Below, piece after piece: positions 30,697 through 39,842 of a stretch of DNA of 57,302 nt. Under the pieces are notes generated by a model. It searched no databases, was not told the origin of the DNA, and saw only the letters and a program-made list of their open reading frames with translations. The translations under genes were made by a program, and so were the position numbers. Source of the stretch: Pseudomonadota bacterium (GTDB taxonomy: Bacteria; Bdellovibrionota_C; UBA2361; OMII01). Position 1 is the stretch's first letter. Each line of letters starts with the position of its first letter. The DNA lies in the NCBI GenBank assembly GCA_038134595.1, contig JAYPVM010000013.1, positions 1 through 57,302 on the forward strand. Direction: 5' to 3'.

Positions 30697-31884
30697 TTAC
30701 CTACTTACCGAACTCTGTCGAGCCCAATCACCCACGACATCCGACAATTCCACTATTTCTTCCAAACTACTGCATATCTTTCCAGAGAAATGCTGCAAGC
30801 CATGCTCTATTAAGGAGAAGATACCGGTAAACGAGAGCTCTCGCCGCAAAAATCGCTCAACCGCCACCTCATTTACTGCATTGAAAACTACCGCGTCCCC
30901 ACTAGAACCTTTTAAACATTGCATCGCCCAATTAATACTTGGAAACCTTGTAGCATCAACATTTTCAAACGTTAGCGCCCCCATAGAAGTCAAATCAAGT
31001 CGGCTTACAACTGAATCAACTCTCGGAGGGTTGTCGTATGAGAGCGCATACGCGATTGGTCCCTTCATATCGGGCACCGATAATTGAGCCAACAAACCAC
31101 CGTCAATCAGACGTATCATCGAATGAACAATACTCTGTGGATGGACCACAACCTCTATCTCTTCAGCAGTCACATCAAACAACCAACGGGCCTCAATAAC
31201 TTCGAGGGCCTTATTCATAAGTGTCGCAGAATCTATCGAGATCTTCGCCCCCATATCCCACTTAGGGTGTTTGAGCGCTCGCTCCGGAGTAATACTCGAG
31301 AATTCATCGGCTGAAGTCGTCCGAAATGGCCCTCCCGAAGCCGTAAGAACTACCGAAGCCACATCACACCGCGCCACACCTTGTAAGGCTTGAAAGATAG
31401 CCGAGTGCTCACTGTCAACCGGAATTATCTTCCTCCCCTCTCGCTTTGCGATATCGGTAACCAAGCCCCCAGCGACTACCAAACTCTCTTTGTTAGCAAG
31501 CGCTACATCTTTTCCGCTCTCCAATGATGCAACAACGCCCGAAAGGCCGGCCATTCCAACAACAGCCGCCACGACAAGCGAAGCATCAGAACTGTGTATC
31601 GAGGCGAGTATTTCATCTTCTCCAAAGAGTAATTCCGTATCCTGCCATCTAGAACTGGAACTCGAAACTCCCAACAGCGAACACAAAGCTTCTCGACTTG
31701 CAACATTCGCCAACCCAGCGACTCGAGGTTTAAGGAGCCTTATCTGCTCGACAAGTTTCTCTGAATTACTTCCGGCGAATAAAAACTCAACTCTGAATCT
31801 CTCAGGATGCTCCAAGAGTACCTGACAAGTAGATGCACCTATCGAGCCTGTTGAGCCAAGTAAGCCAAGGCGTGTTACTTGCAC
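30697..31884 (-). CDS. dxr: 1-deoxy-D-xylulose-5-phosphate reductoisomerase
   Basis: LGSTGSIG, LANKESLV, PVDSEH and MGAKISIDSA. GTG at 31884 has a GGAG SD (track start 31902). Confidence 0.97.
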   Translation of the reverse strand: MQVTRLGLLGSTGSIGASTCQVLLEHPERFRVEFLFAGSNSEKLVEQIRLLKPRVAGLANVASREALCSLLGVSSSSSRWQDTELLFGEDEILASIHSSDASLVVAAVVGMAGLSGVVASLESGKDVALANKESLVVAGGLVTDIAKREGRKIIPVDSEHSAIFQALQGVARCDVASVVLTASGGPFRTTSADEFSSITPERALKHPKWDMGAKISIDSATLMNKALEVIEARWLFDVTAEEIEVVVHPQSIVHSMIRLIDGGLLAQLSVPDMKGPIAYALSYDNPPRVDSVVSRLDLTSMGALTFENVDATRFPSINWAMQCLKGSSGDAVVFNAVNEVAVERFLRRELSFTGIFSLIEHGLQHFSGKICSSLEEIVELSDVVGDWARQSSVSR

Positions 31885-32852
31885 CGTACTATCTCCAAGC
31901 AAACAAGAGTTATAAAAACAATAGGCGCCGCTGTAATTAAAGCATCAAAGCGGTCCAACACTCCCCCATGCCCGGGTAACAAAGCGCCAAAGTCTTTCAC
32001 TCCCCGCACACGTTTAACGTATGATTTAGCAAGATCGCCACACTGCGCCATACACACTACTGCAAAACTCAAGACCGCTAGCCACCACGGCGAAATTGAA
32101 AAATCTACTAACAGCTCCCACAACACCAAACCAGCCACAACACCCACAATCAATCCAGCAACACTTCCCTCAACAGTCTTATTGGGAGACAACGCCGGCG
32201 CGAGTCGCTTCTTACCGCAGGCGCGACCGACAAAATAGGCGGCTGTATCATTGAGAGCCACCACGCCAATAAGCCACCAGAGAAGCAATATCGCATCACT
32301 TACTCCGCTCAACAAAACAAGCATCGGCACACAACAACCCAAGAGCAGAAAGGAAACAACTAATCCCGAACTAAAATCTTGCGCCCGCTTGAGATCACTA
32401 CGCCCCTCGACAACAAGCAGAACCATTAACGAAACTGCACTACCGATAGTAGTTAGATAGACGGGAGCTAGCGCGATACTACCACTGATTACGCCTTGAA
32501 CAGCGCCCTCTAATGCTCCTATCGACGGGCCTAGTAACACCACAAACAACAAGGCACCCCATAGCGGCCGGTAAGCTGTCGTAGCATGGTGGCGTGCAAA
32601 CAAACGTACGACTTCAAAGACGCTCATTGCCGCGATCCATCCAGCGAATACAACGCTTAAAAAACGGCCGTAAGGGACTACCAGTGCACATACAGAAACT
32701 GAAACTGCTCCCACCAATAGAATCATGGCGGTCAGCAACCTATCATGAAGGGAGCCATCATTCCTAAATCGATACCACGGCGTACTCGCGCTAGGATCGA
32801 CCGAGCTGCTCTTGCGTTCTGCCGAAACGTCGGTTGCGTCCTGCAAAGACAT
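31875..32852 (-). CDS. cdsA: Phosphatidate cytidylyltransferase
   Basis: DTAAYFVG, SPNKTVEG and S.VKR..GVKDFG.LLPGHGGVLDRFD. Start uncertain; ATG at 32852 used. Confidence 0.93.
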   Translation of the reverse strand: MSLQDATDVSAERKSSSVDPSASTPWYRFRNDGSLHDRLLTAMILLVGAVSVSVCALVVPYGRFLSVVFAGWIAAMSVFEVVRLFARHHATTAYRPLWGALLFVVLLGPSIGALEGAVQGVISGSIALAPVYLTTIGSAVSLMVLLVVEGRSDLKRAQDFSSGLVVSFLLLGCCVPMLVLLSGVSDAILLLWWLIGVVALNDTAAYFVGRACGKKRLAPALSPNKTVEGSVAGLIVGVVAGLVLWELLVDFSISPWWLAVLSFAVVCMAQCGDLAKSYVKRVRGVKDFGALLPGHGGVLDRFDALITAAPIVFITLVCLEIVRCK

Positions 32853-33576
32853 GGAGACACCTATACAATTCATCACGTGAAAATTCGGGCCAAAGCTGCG
32901 GAGACACAACAATCTCAGCATAAGCCAACTGCCACAGTAAAAAGTTTGAGATCCTTGTCTCACCGCTGGTTCTAATGAGCAAATCTGGGTCTGGAACATC
33001 AGGAAGATATAAAGCTCCCTGTATATCCTGCTCCGAAATCTCTTCGCCTTTCAAACCACCATCGGCCACTCGCCGTGCCAAAGACCGAAACGCATGCACC
33101 AACTCGTCTCGACCTCCATAGGATACAGCTAAGATAAGATCCATCCCATCCAAATGTTTTGTTTTTTCCTCATTTCGAGACAACAACTCCCGAACAGACT
33201 CGGGCAAATGTGCGAGATTACCCATCGCTCTTAGCCGCACTCCGTTTTTGAGCAGAACATCTAACTCCGACTCAAGGTGCTGCACAAACAGTTGCATCAA
33301 TCCACCCACTTCGTCCTGTGGGCGCTTCCAATTCTCTGTCGAAAACGCAAAAAGGGTGAGATAGCGAATCCCTAAACGTCGCGCTTCTTCTACGACCATT
33401 CTGACGGTCTTAGCTCCCTGTCGGTGGCCATGCACCCGAGGCATGAGACGTTTCCTTGCCCATCGGCCATTACCATCCATAATAACAGCCATATGCTGAG
33501 GAACGACGGCTAAACCACCGGGCACGGCCACAGTCGCTACATCACTCGATTCGCTCGTTGAGGAGGTTCCCGACAT
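32791..33576 (-). CDS. uppS: Undecaprenyl diphosphate synthase (isoprenyl transferase)
   Basis: IMDGNGRWA, AFSTENWKRP and IRTSGETRISNFLLWQ. Confidence 0.97.
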   Translation of the reverse strand: MSGTSSTSESSDVATVAVPGGLAVVPQHMAVIMDGNGRWARKRLMPRVHGHRQGAKTVRMVVEEARRLGIRYLTLFAFSTENWKRPQDEVGGLMQLFVQHLESELDVLLKNGVRLRAMGNLAHLPESVRELLSRNEEKTKHLDGMDLILAVSYGGRDELVHAFRSLARRVADGGLKGEEISEQDIQGALYLPDVPDPDLLIRTSGETRISNFLLWQLAYAEIVVSPQLWPEFSRDELYRCLHVFAGRNRRFGRTQEQLGRS

Positions 33577-33591
33577 CACAACCCAAAAGAA

Positions 33592-34146
33592 CTATACTTC
33601 CAACATCTCTTTTTCTTTTGCAGCTGCCGCGGTATCAACCTCTGCAACGAATACATCGACTATCTTCTGAATCTCATCTTGCAGTCGTCTGCCATCATCT
33701 TCTGACAGCTCCTTGTCTTTAACCTGCTTTTTAACGAGCTCAATCTCATCTCGCCGAAGATTACGGAGTGAAATTTTTGTATCTTCGCCCATTTTATATA
33801 CTTTTTTGATGAGCTCCTTTCGACGCTCCTCATTCAACGGTGGGATCGCTACCCGAACCAGCGCGCCATCTCTACTTGGATTAAGCCCAAGATCCGACTG
33901 CTGGATAGCTTTTTCAACGCTCTCTACAGCTGAAGAGTCATAGACCTGAATCGTCAACAACCGGGGCTCTGGAGCCGCGACCAAACCCAACTGCTGGAGA
34001 GGAACAGCAGAACCGTAGTACTCGACAGTAAGATTCTCTAGTAAAGATGGGGCCGCACGGCCTGTTCGCAACCGAGAAAGCTCCTTCTTGTAGTGATCAA
34101 TCGCTTTGCCACACTGCGCTTTATAGCTCTCAAAATCTCCGCTCAT
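33592..34146 (-). CDS. frr: Ribosome recycling factor
   Basis: LRTGRA, LGLNP, PPLNEERRKEL and KEKEM. Confidence 0.98.
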   Translation of the reverse strand: MSGDFESYKAQCGKAIDHYKKELSRLRTGRAAPSLLENLTVEYYGSAVPLQQLGLVAAPEPRLLTIQVYDSSAVESVEKAIQQSDLGLNPSRDGALVRVAIPPLNEERRKELIKKVYKMGEDTKISLRNLRRDEIELVKKQVKDKELSEDDGRRLQDEIQKIVDVFVAEVDTAAAAKEKEMLEV

Positions 34147-34149
34147 ACC

Positions 34150-34878
34150 TTAGCCCTCCACTAATGTTCCTACCGATTCACCGCATACAATTTTTCGCAA
34201 ATTACCAGAGACTCCGACATTAAATACGATAATCGGAAGCTTATTCTCCATACACAAAGAGATAGCAGCGGCATCCATAACCCGCAACTCCTTCTGCAAA
34301 ACATCCATAAATGTAATCCGGTCGAAGGCTTTCGCATCCTTATTCTTTACTGGATCGCTATCATAAACAGCATCTACTTTCGTGCCCTTCAAAAGGACCT
34401 CTGCACCGACCTCCATGGCTCGAAGGCTTGCCGCCGTATCGGTTGTAAAAAATGGATTGCCAGTTCCACATGCAAAAATAACAACCCTACCCTTTTCCAA
34501 ATGCCTGGTTGCACGCCGCTTAATGTACGGCTCCGATATCTCCCGCATCTCAATCGCGGAGAGAACTCGAGTGTAAACGCCCTCTGCTTCGAGCCGGTCT
34601 TGAAGCGCCAGCGCATTCATCGCCGTCGCCAACATCCCCATATAATCGCCCGTTACTCGGTCAAGACCCTGCGAACCGGCCTGGACACCACGGAAAATGT
34701 TTCCGCCCCCGATAACAATCCCGACTTCGACATCAAGATCTCGGACCTCTTTAATTTGCTCAACAAGGTCGTTTAGAATTTTGGAGTCAATACCGCTACC
34801 TTTTTCACCAGAAAGTATCTCACCACTAAGTTTTAGAAGGATTCTCTTGTAGCGAACGGGATTAGTGGTAGCGGTCAT
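34150..34878 (-). CDS. pyrH: UMP kinase
   Basis: [25 protein letters not shown] and GNPFFTTDT. Confidence 0.99.
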   Translation of the reverse strand: MTATTNPVRYKRILLKLSGEILSGEKGSGIDSKILNDLVEQIKEVRDLDVEVGIVIGGGNIFRGVQAGSQGLDRVTGDYMGMLATAMNALALQDRLEAEGVYTRVLSAIEMREISEPYIKRRATRHLEKGRVVIFACGTGNPFFTTDTAASLRAMEVGAEVLLKGTKVDAVYDSDPVKNKDAKAFDRITFMDVLQKELRVMDAAAISLCMENKLPIIVFNVGVSGNLRKIVCGESVGTLVEG

Positions 34879-34954
34879 AAAACACCTTCAATAAATTGTT
34901 CTCGTATCGAATCAGGACAATCGGGGAGCACCCCCTGCTAAACCGTCACGATAC

Positions 34955-34992
34955 ATACAACAAGAGCCTCTCGGTTTTACCCAAGAGGCTCT
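34955..34992 (-). terminator. Hairpin terminator after tsf
   Basis: Minus strand AGAGCCUCUUGG-GUAAAA-CCGAGAGGCUCU forms a 12-bp stem with one GU pair, followed by UGUUGUAU (imperfect U tract, may be leaky). Confidence 0.7.
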
Positions 34993-35007
34993 ATAACGTG
35001 GGGTAAC

Positions 35008-35658
35008 TTATCCCACCATTGCAGCAACATCATCTGCGATATTGCTCTGTATCTTCTCAATCCCTTCACCGACCTCAATTCGGGAGAACCGGCGAATCGA
35101 AACCTTTTCGCCACACTTCATCCCAAGATTTTCAACTATAGCTTGCACGGTCTGCGACTCACTCTCGTCTTTAATAAAGATCTGCTTAAGTAGCACCGTA
35201 CCCTCCAGAAACTTCTCGATCTTACCGGGTAGAATCTTATCGGCCTTCTCTTTCTGCTTGTCATTGAGCTGATCAAGACAGATCTCTTTCTCCTTTTCGA
35301 TGACAGACTCTGGAACATCCTCAACCGAGAGATATTGTGGCTTCATAGCAGCTACATGCATCGCTAAATCGCGAGCAACAGCCTTAAACTCCTCTCCGCG
35401 TGCAACAAAATCTGTTTCGCAGTTAAGCTCAACAATCGCTACAACCTGGTCACCTGGGTGCGTGTAAACACCAATCGTCCCCTCTGCCGCGGTCTTACCC
35501 GCTCTTTTTGCAATATCTTTTAAGCCCTTTTTGCGAAGAACCTCAATCGCTCCTTCAATCGATCCATCAGCCTCGGTTAGAGCGCTCTTGCAATCCATCA
35601 TGCCCGCTCCGGTCATATCACGAAGCTTTTTAATCATCTCACTTGTTATCTGTGCCAT
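35008..35658 (-). CDS. tsf: Translation elongation factor Ts (short form)
   Basis: LRDMTGAGMMDCK, ELNCETDFVA and AMHVAA; 216 aa. Confidence 0.98.
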   Translation of the reverse strand: MAQITSEMIKKLRDMTGAGMMDCKSALTEADGSIEGAIEVLRKKGLKDIAKRAGKTAAEGTIGVYTHPGDQVVAIVELNCETDFVARGEEFKAVARDLAMHVAAMKPQYLSVEDVPESVIEKEKEICLDQLNDKQKEKADKILPGKIEKFLEGTVLLKQIFIKDESESQTVQAIVENLGMKCGEKVSIRRFSRIEVGEGIEKIQSNIADDVAAMVG

Positions 35659-35738
35659 ATGACTTTCCTTATGTAATTACGTTTTTTCGTGTACGTAGCC
35701 CCCTTATCGCCCCTTGGGGGCATCGGAGGCTACATGAA

Positions 35739-36587
35739 CTACGCTACAGCTACACCACTTTCGGTGGCAGTTGCGGTTGAGGCTCCATTGGTGTTCTCTT
35801 TCTCACCCTCGTTACCCTTTAGAGCTTTCGTTCGAGATTGCTGGATTGCCCGGCCCTCTATAATTGCATCAGATACCGCTCCGCAGAACAAACGAATTGA
35901 TTTCGTCGCGTCATCATTTGAAGGTATAGGAAATGCGATACTTCCTGGGTCCGCGTTTGTATCCACCAAACCGATAACAGGAATATGAAGACGTTTTGCC
36001 TCTGCAATCGCAATCGATTCCTTAACGACATCCACGATGAAAATCAGGTCAGGTGTCTTCCTCATATTGCGAATACCACCTAAGTTGGCCTCTAGCTTCT
36101 CAACCTGTCGGCTGATATCGAGACGCTCTTTCTTATTGAGTCGCACCTTTGTGTTCTCCGAGGCTGCATCCTCAAGAAGTTTTTCGAGCTTGCGCATGCG
36201 CTCAATCGATTTTTTCATCGTTTGAAAATTACTTAAACATCCTCCAAGCCAACGAGAGGAGATATAAAAAGCGCCTGCTCGAGTTGCTTCCTCTTTAACG
36301 ATATCTTTTGCTTGCTGCTTGGTTCCAACGAACAAAACATTTCCACCCATCGATACTCTATCAACGATGTATTTACGAGCGATCTCCCACCGCTTCATAG
36401 TGATGTCTAGATTGATGATATGAACACCATTTCTAGCCCCATAAATGTTAGGAAGCATCTTTGGGTTCCATCGCTGAGTCTGATGACCAAAGTGTGCCCC
36501 AGCCTCGATTAATGTTTTGATAGTTACAGGTGTGCTCTCTGAAGTAGAAAGAGCAGGATTCGACGTAGTCTCGTCTTGAACTGACAT
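35739..36587 (-). CDS. rpsB: 30S ribosomal protein S2
   Basis: [30 protein letters not shown] and NDDA. AAGGAG SD. Confidence 0.99.
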   Translation of the reverse strand: MSVQDETTSNPALSTSESTPVTIKTLIEAGAHFGHQTQRWNPKMLPNIYGARNGVHIINLDITMKRWEIARKYIVDRVSMGGNVLFVGTKQQAKDIVKEEATRAGAFYISSRWLGGCLSNFQTMKKSIERMRKLEKLLEDAASENTKVRLNKKERLDISRQVEKLEANLGGIRNMRKTPDLIFIVDVVKESIAIAEAKRLHIPVIGLVDTNADPGSIAFPIPSNDDATKSIRLFCGAVSDAIIEGRAIQQSRTKALKGNEGEKENTNGASTATATESGVAVA

Positions 36588-36725
36588 ATATTCTCCTTGT
36601 CGTGTCTTAGTTTAGCCTCCCCACTCGATTGATTCCCACGACTACTGTCCTGATACCAAGCAAAAGCTTGGATACAAACAATCAATACGCACGAACACTA
36701 AGACCGATGTGGGTGTGAATTAACG
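36588..36725 (-). ncRNA. rpsB 5' leader (t44/S2 autoregulatory leader-like)
   Basis: Minus strand CACACCCACAUCG...CGAGUGGGGAGGCUAAAC reproduces the flanking motifs and closing stem of rpsB leaders. Internal hairpin CCAAGC-UUUU-GCUUGG. Confidence 0.7.
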
Positions 36726-36731
36726 GTGGTG

Positions 36732-36760
36732 ATTCTAGCACCTTCAAGGCTTTCTGCCAA
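36732..36760 (-). promoter_or_regulatory. Sigma-70 promoter of the rpsB-tsf operon
   Basis: TTGGCA-N17-TAGAAT with an extended -10 TG (TGcTAGAAT), directly before the leader. Confidence 0.75.
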
Positions 36761-36933
36761 CAGCTTTGGGCTTATTTAACAGCATCCACACCCCATAAAA
36801 CTCATTTAGTATCAGCATGTTACGCTCAGCAACTAAAACCTCCTCTACGGTTAGAGTAAAAACCAACCATCTGCTATCCTCTATCCGAAAAATACAAGCG
36901 CCTTACTACGGGCCCCTTATAAGAGGATTACAG

Positions 36934-37740
36934 ATGCAAAAACTGATTCACATGATTATGGATTACGCCCCTGGAGACCTTGCTTGTTCAGAAGTTGTAT
37001 CTGCACTCGCCGCACAGATTCCTGGAGATTATCACTGGCATGTCACCTCCGTTCATAGCTTCGATACGGTATCAACAGGATTCGTACTCGCTCAGCTTGG
37101 TAGTCAGAGCGAGGCTCTACGCCCTAAAGATACCCTCATTTATGCAAACTGCGCTCCCCGTAAAGATAGAAGAGAGGCTCGTAGCAACAACGAAGGCGAA
37201 GGATTGCTCCTTGGTGTCCTACGGAGTGGCGTCAAAGTAATCGTGGTGAATTCAGGCTACTCGCTTAGCTTTGTGAAAAACGATCTCGCTGAGCTTTGGA
37301 CCCTTAACGTAGATGCGGGCGGATCTCAGTTTCGCTCACGAGACAACTTTCCACGACTGGTCGGCCAAGTCGCTCGGGGAGAGGAAGGATTTTTGGGCGA
37401 GAGATTAAATCCACAGGATGTTATTCCCGAACCGCCCGCAGCCAGTATCGGCTACATCGATTCGTTTGGAAACTTAAAAACAACTATTCGAAGCGACGAC
37501 GCCTTGGTTTCAATACTACAGGCAGGTCAACGCATCACCATCGAGATTAGTGGCGTTAAAATGACAGCAACAGTTGCGGCAGGAAGTTTCAATGTACAAG
37601 AAGGTGACATTGCCTTTGCTCCAGGCTCAAGTGGACACGATAATAAATTCTGGGAGGTGTTCCAGCGGGGCGGTTCTGCGTGGCACACCTACAAGAAACC
37701 AAGGCCGGGTTCGCCGATTGTTGTTTCGCACGCAAATTAA
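36934..37740 (+). CDS. Divergent SAM hydrolase / SAM-dependent halogenase (DUF62) superfamily protein
   Basis: N-terminal DYAPGD (cf. DFG..D), FD motif, QFRSRDNF (cf. TFHGRDxF), YIDSFGNLKTT and C-terminal GSSG. ATG at 36934 has an AGAGGA SD. Confidence 0.7.
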   Translation: MQKLIHMIMDYAPGDLACSEVVSALAAQIPGDYHWHVTSVHSFDTVSTGFVLAQLGSQSEALRPKDTLIYANCAPRKDRREARSNNEGEGLLLGVLRSGVKVIVVNSGYSLSFVKNDLAELWTLNVDAGGSQFRSRDNFPRLVGQVARGEEGFLGERLNPQDVIPEPPAASIGYIDSFGNLKTTIRSDDALVSILQAGQRITIEISGVKMTATVAAGSFNVQEGDIAFAPGSSGHDNKFWEVFQRGGSAWHTYKKPRPGSPIVVSHAN

Positions 37741-37933
37741 CTAGCCACAGTATCGACTGATACGAGTGCCATATTCTGCGACCGCAATTGATTTCAAAAA
37801 GTGCACAGAATCTCTTGGGCTCCCGTTTACCGAGTACCCGAGAGATATCTCGCCTATCGGAAAACACCAGAGGTAGGATGTGATTTTTAGTAGTGCGGCC
37901 TATCCACGTAGCAGCACCCATATCCAAGCCACG

Positions 37934-38725
37934 TTAGATACCACCATAGAGTCGTGTAAGCTCGGCAAAAGCGCGCGATCCCTCTTCCCCCAGGGACGTA
38001 CTCCAGCGATTTACATACAGGTCGACATGCGCCCATATAGCGTCGGCAGATAGCTCTTGCGCATACCGCTGCATCACACCAAATGCGGCCTCACGGTAAT
38101 CGTATGCAAACGCAATCGATTCACGAAGAGACGTTTCAAACATAGCAACTACATCAGATGGAACTCGCTTATGGGCCACAATACAACCGAGTGGCAGAGG
38201 AAGGGCAAATCTCTGTTCCCAGAGCTCTCCTAAATCCGCCACTAACTCAAGACCGAACTCTTGGTATGTAAATCTCCCCTCATGAATCACAACCCCATAA
38301 TCCGCCGCTCCTGAAGCGAGTGCGGGCATGATTTCAGAAAACACAACATGCTCTATCGAACCCAACGAGGGATAAAAAGACGCAAAGAGCGCCGATGCTG
38401 TTGTTCCTATCCCGGGGCACAGTACTTTTGAATCTGCATGCAGTGCAGGGGCTCCCTTTCGTCGCAGCAGAAGCGGCCCTACTCCAAAGCCAAGCGACGC
38501 TCCAGCGCCGCAAACAGAATAGACGTCTCGTCGGCGTATCGCTTGCACGCTGCTGACCTTACAAAAATCAAATTCCTCGCGATCCATACGTTCATTGAGC
38601 TCTTGAATATCGAGCAGCGTAACTTCATACCTATCTCCTATGGTCGGAAAAGCCTCCCGCTCTATAAACTGGTGAAACATGAAAGTATCATTTGGGCAGG
38701 TCGATATCGCTAGTGAAAGGCTCAT
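37934..38725 (-). CDS. mqnD: 1,4-dihydroxy-6-naphthoate synthase (futalosine menaquinone pathway)
   Basis: STCPNDTF, DIQELN, G.GVGP, IHEGRFTY, DLG..W..LPLPLG and HVDLYVN. Confidence 0.93.
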   Translation of the reverse strand: MSLSLAISTCPNDTFMFHQFIEREAFPTIGDRYEVTLLDIQELNERMDREEFDFCKVSSVQAIRRRDVYSVCGAGASLGFGVGPLLLRRKGAPALHADSKVLCPGIGTTASALFASFYPSLGSIEHVVFSEIMPALASGAADYGVVIHEGRFTYQEFGLELVADLGELWEQRFALPLPLGCIVAHKRVPSDVVAMFETSLRESIAFAYDYREAAFGVMQRYAQELSADAIWAHVDLYVNRWSTSLGEEGSRAFAELTRLYGGI

Positions 38726-38931
38726 AGGTGCTGTATAGCACAAACAAAAGCCTTCTTCCTAGGTCGCTTACCCAGAAAGCAGGAGTCTTAAGCGAACAAC
38801 CCGTTATGTAGGTGTTCGCCACAAGGAATTGCAAATTACACGCTAACGTCGGATACTCTCATCTGAGAACTGCGCGCAAAGCAACTAAGTACGCAACTAA
38901 AGGAAATCAAGGAACACGTCAGGAAAAACTC

Positions 38932-39651
38932 ATGGGTAGAATCTTTGAAAAGCGAAAAGAACGCATGTTTGCTCGTTGGGCCAAAACAGCAAAAGCATTT
39001 ACCAAAATGGGTAAAGAGATAGCGATCGCAGTAAAATTAGGCGGTGGTGATCCCGCATCCAACCCAAGGCTTCGATTGGCGATCCAAACCGCGCGATCGC
39101 TTAACATGCCAAAAGATAGAATCGAAGCGGCCATAGACCGCGCATCTTCAAAGGATGCAAGCGATCTTGCAGAGCTTAGTTACGAAGGATTTGCACCTCA
39201 CGGTGTTGCCCTTTTTGTAGAGGCTGCAACTGACAATCCTACAAGAACTGTCGCAAACGTTCGAAACATAATCACAAAGCACGGCGGCAACCTTGGAACT
39301 ACAGGATCACTCGATTTTATTTTCGATAGAAAAGGTGTTTTCAACGTGAAGCCACCAGCTGGAGATCTCGACGAATTAGAGCTAACACTCATCGATCATG
39401 GATTAGAGGAGATATTTGAAACCGAAGAAGGCCTACTTCTTTACTCTTCATTTCAAGACTTCGGTGAGCTCCAAAAAGCTCTTGAATCTAACAACGTCGA
39501 AGTATTAAGTGCCGCACCCCAACGGCTTCCTACGAGCACCGTTACAGTCACCCCGGAGCAGGAAGAAGAGATACAAAAAATCATCGAAAGGCTCGATGAT
39601 GACGACGACGTTCAAAACGTCTTTCATAACATGAGTCCAGAGGAAGAATAG
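38932..39651 (+). CDS. YebC/PmpR family protein (YeeN-like N-terminus)
   Basis: GGGDP.SNPRLR, NMPKD.IE.AI, YEGFAPHG, TDNPTRTVANVR and DDVQNVFHN. ATG at 38932 has an AGGA SD. Confidence 0.95.
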   Translation: MGRIFEKRKERMFARWAKTAKAFTKMGKEIAIAVKLGGGDPASNPRLRLAIQTARSLNMPKDRIEAAIDRASSKDASDLAELSYEGFAPHGVALFVEAATDNPTRTVANVRNIITKHGGNLGTTGSLDFIFDRKGVFNVKPPAGDLDELELTLIDHGLEEIFETEEGLLLYSSFQDFGELQKALESNNVEVLSAAPQRLPTSTVTVTPEQEEEIQKIIERLDDDDDVQNVFHNMSPEEE

Positions 39652-39842
39652 CCTCAGCAAAAACACCTTTGATTACAAATACTTGGCAAGTCAAATTACT
39701 ACCCCTACCCTACACTCCTACACAGCCGAGGTATTCACTCTAAACTACTGATTCTACAGGGCCTCTATCGTCATCAAACTAAGAGACTAGAACCGCCCTG
39801 CGAGCATAGGTATTTCTCAGGGTTCTATCGGAAATAGAGACC

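Noticed and set aside
32791..32999. Long uppS/cdsA overlap as a dual-coding region
   Set aside because: The track start at 32999 is only the longest ORF. The true start is uncertain and the overlap is probably 62 nt or less.
35696..35733. Imperfect hairpin between rpsB and tsf as a terminator
   Set aside because: It is followed by an A run rather than a U run on the sense strand, so at most it is a stability or processing hairpin.
39652..39842. Possible thr attenuator or leader peptide before thrA
   Set aside because: No ATG-started Thr/Ile-rich ORF and no terminator hairpin found.
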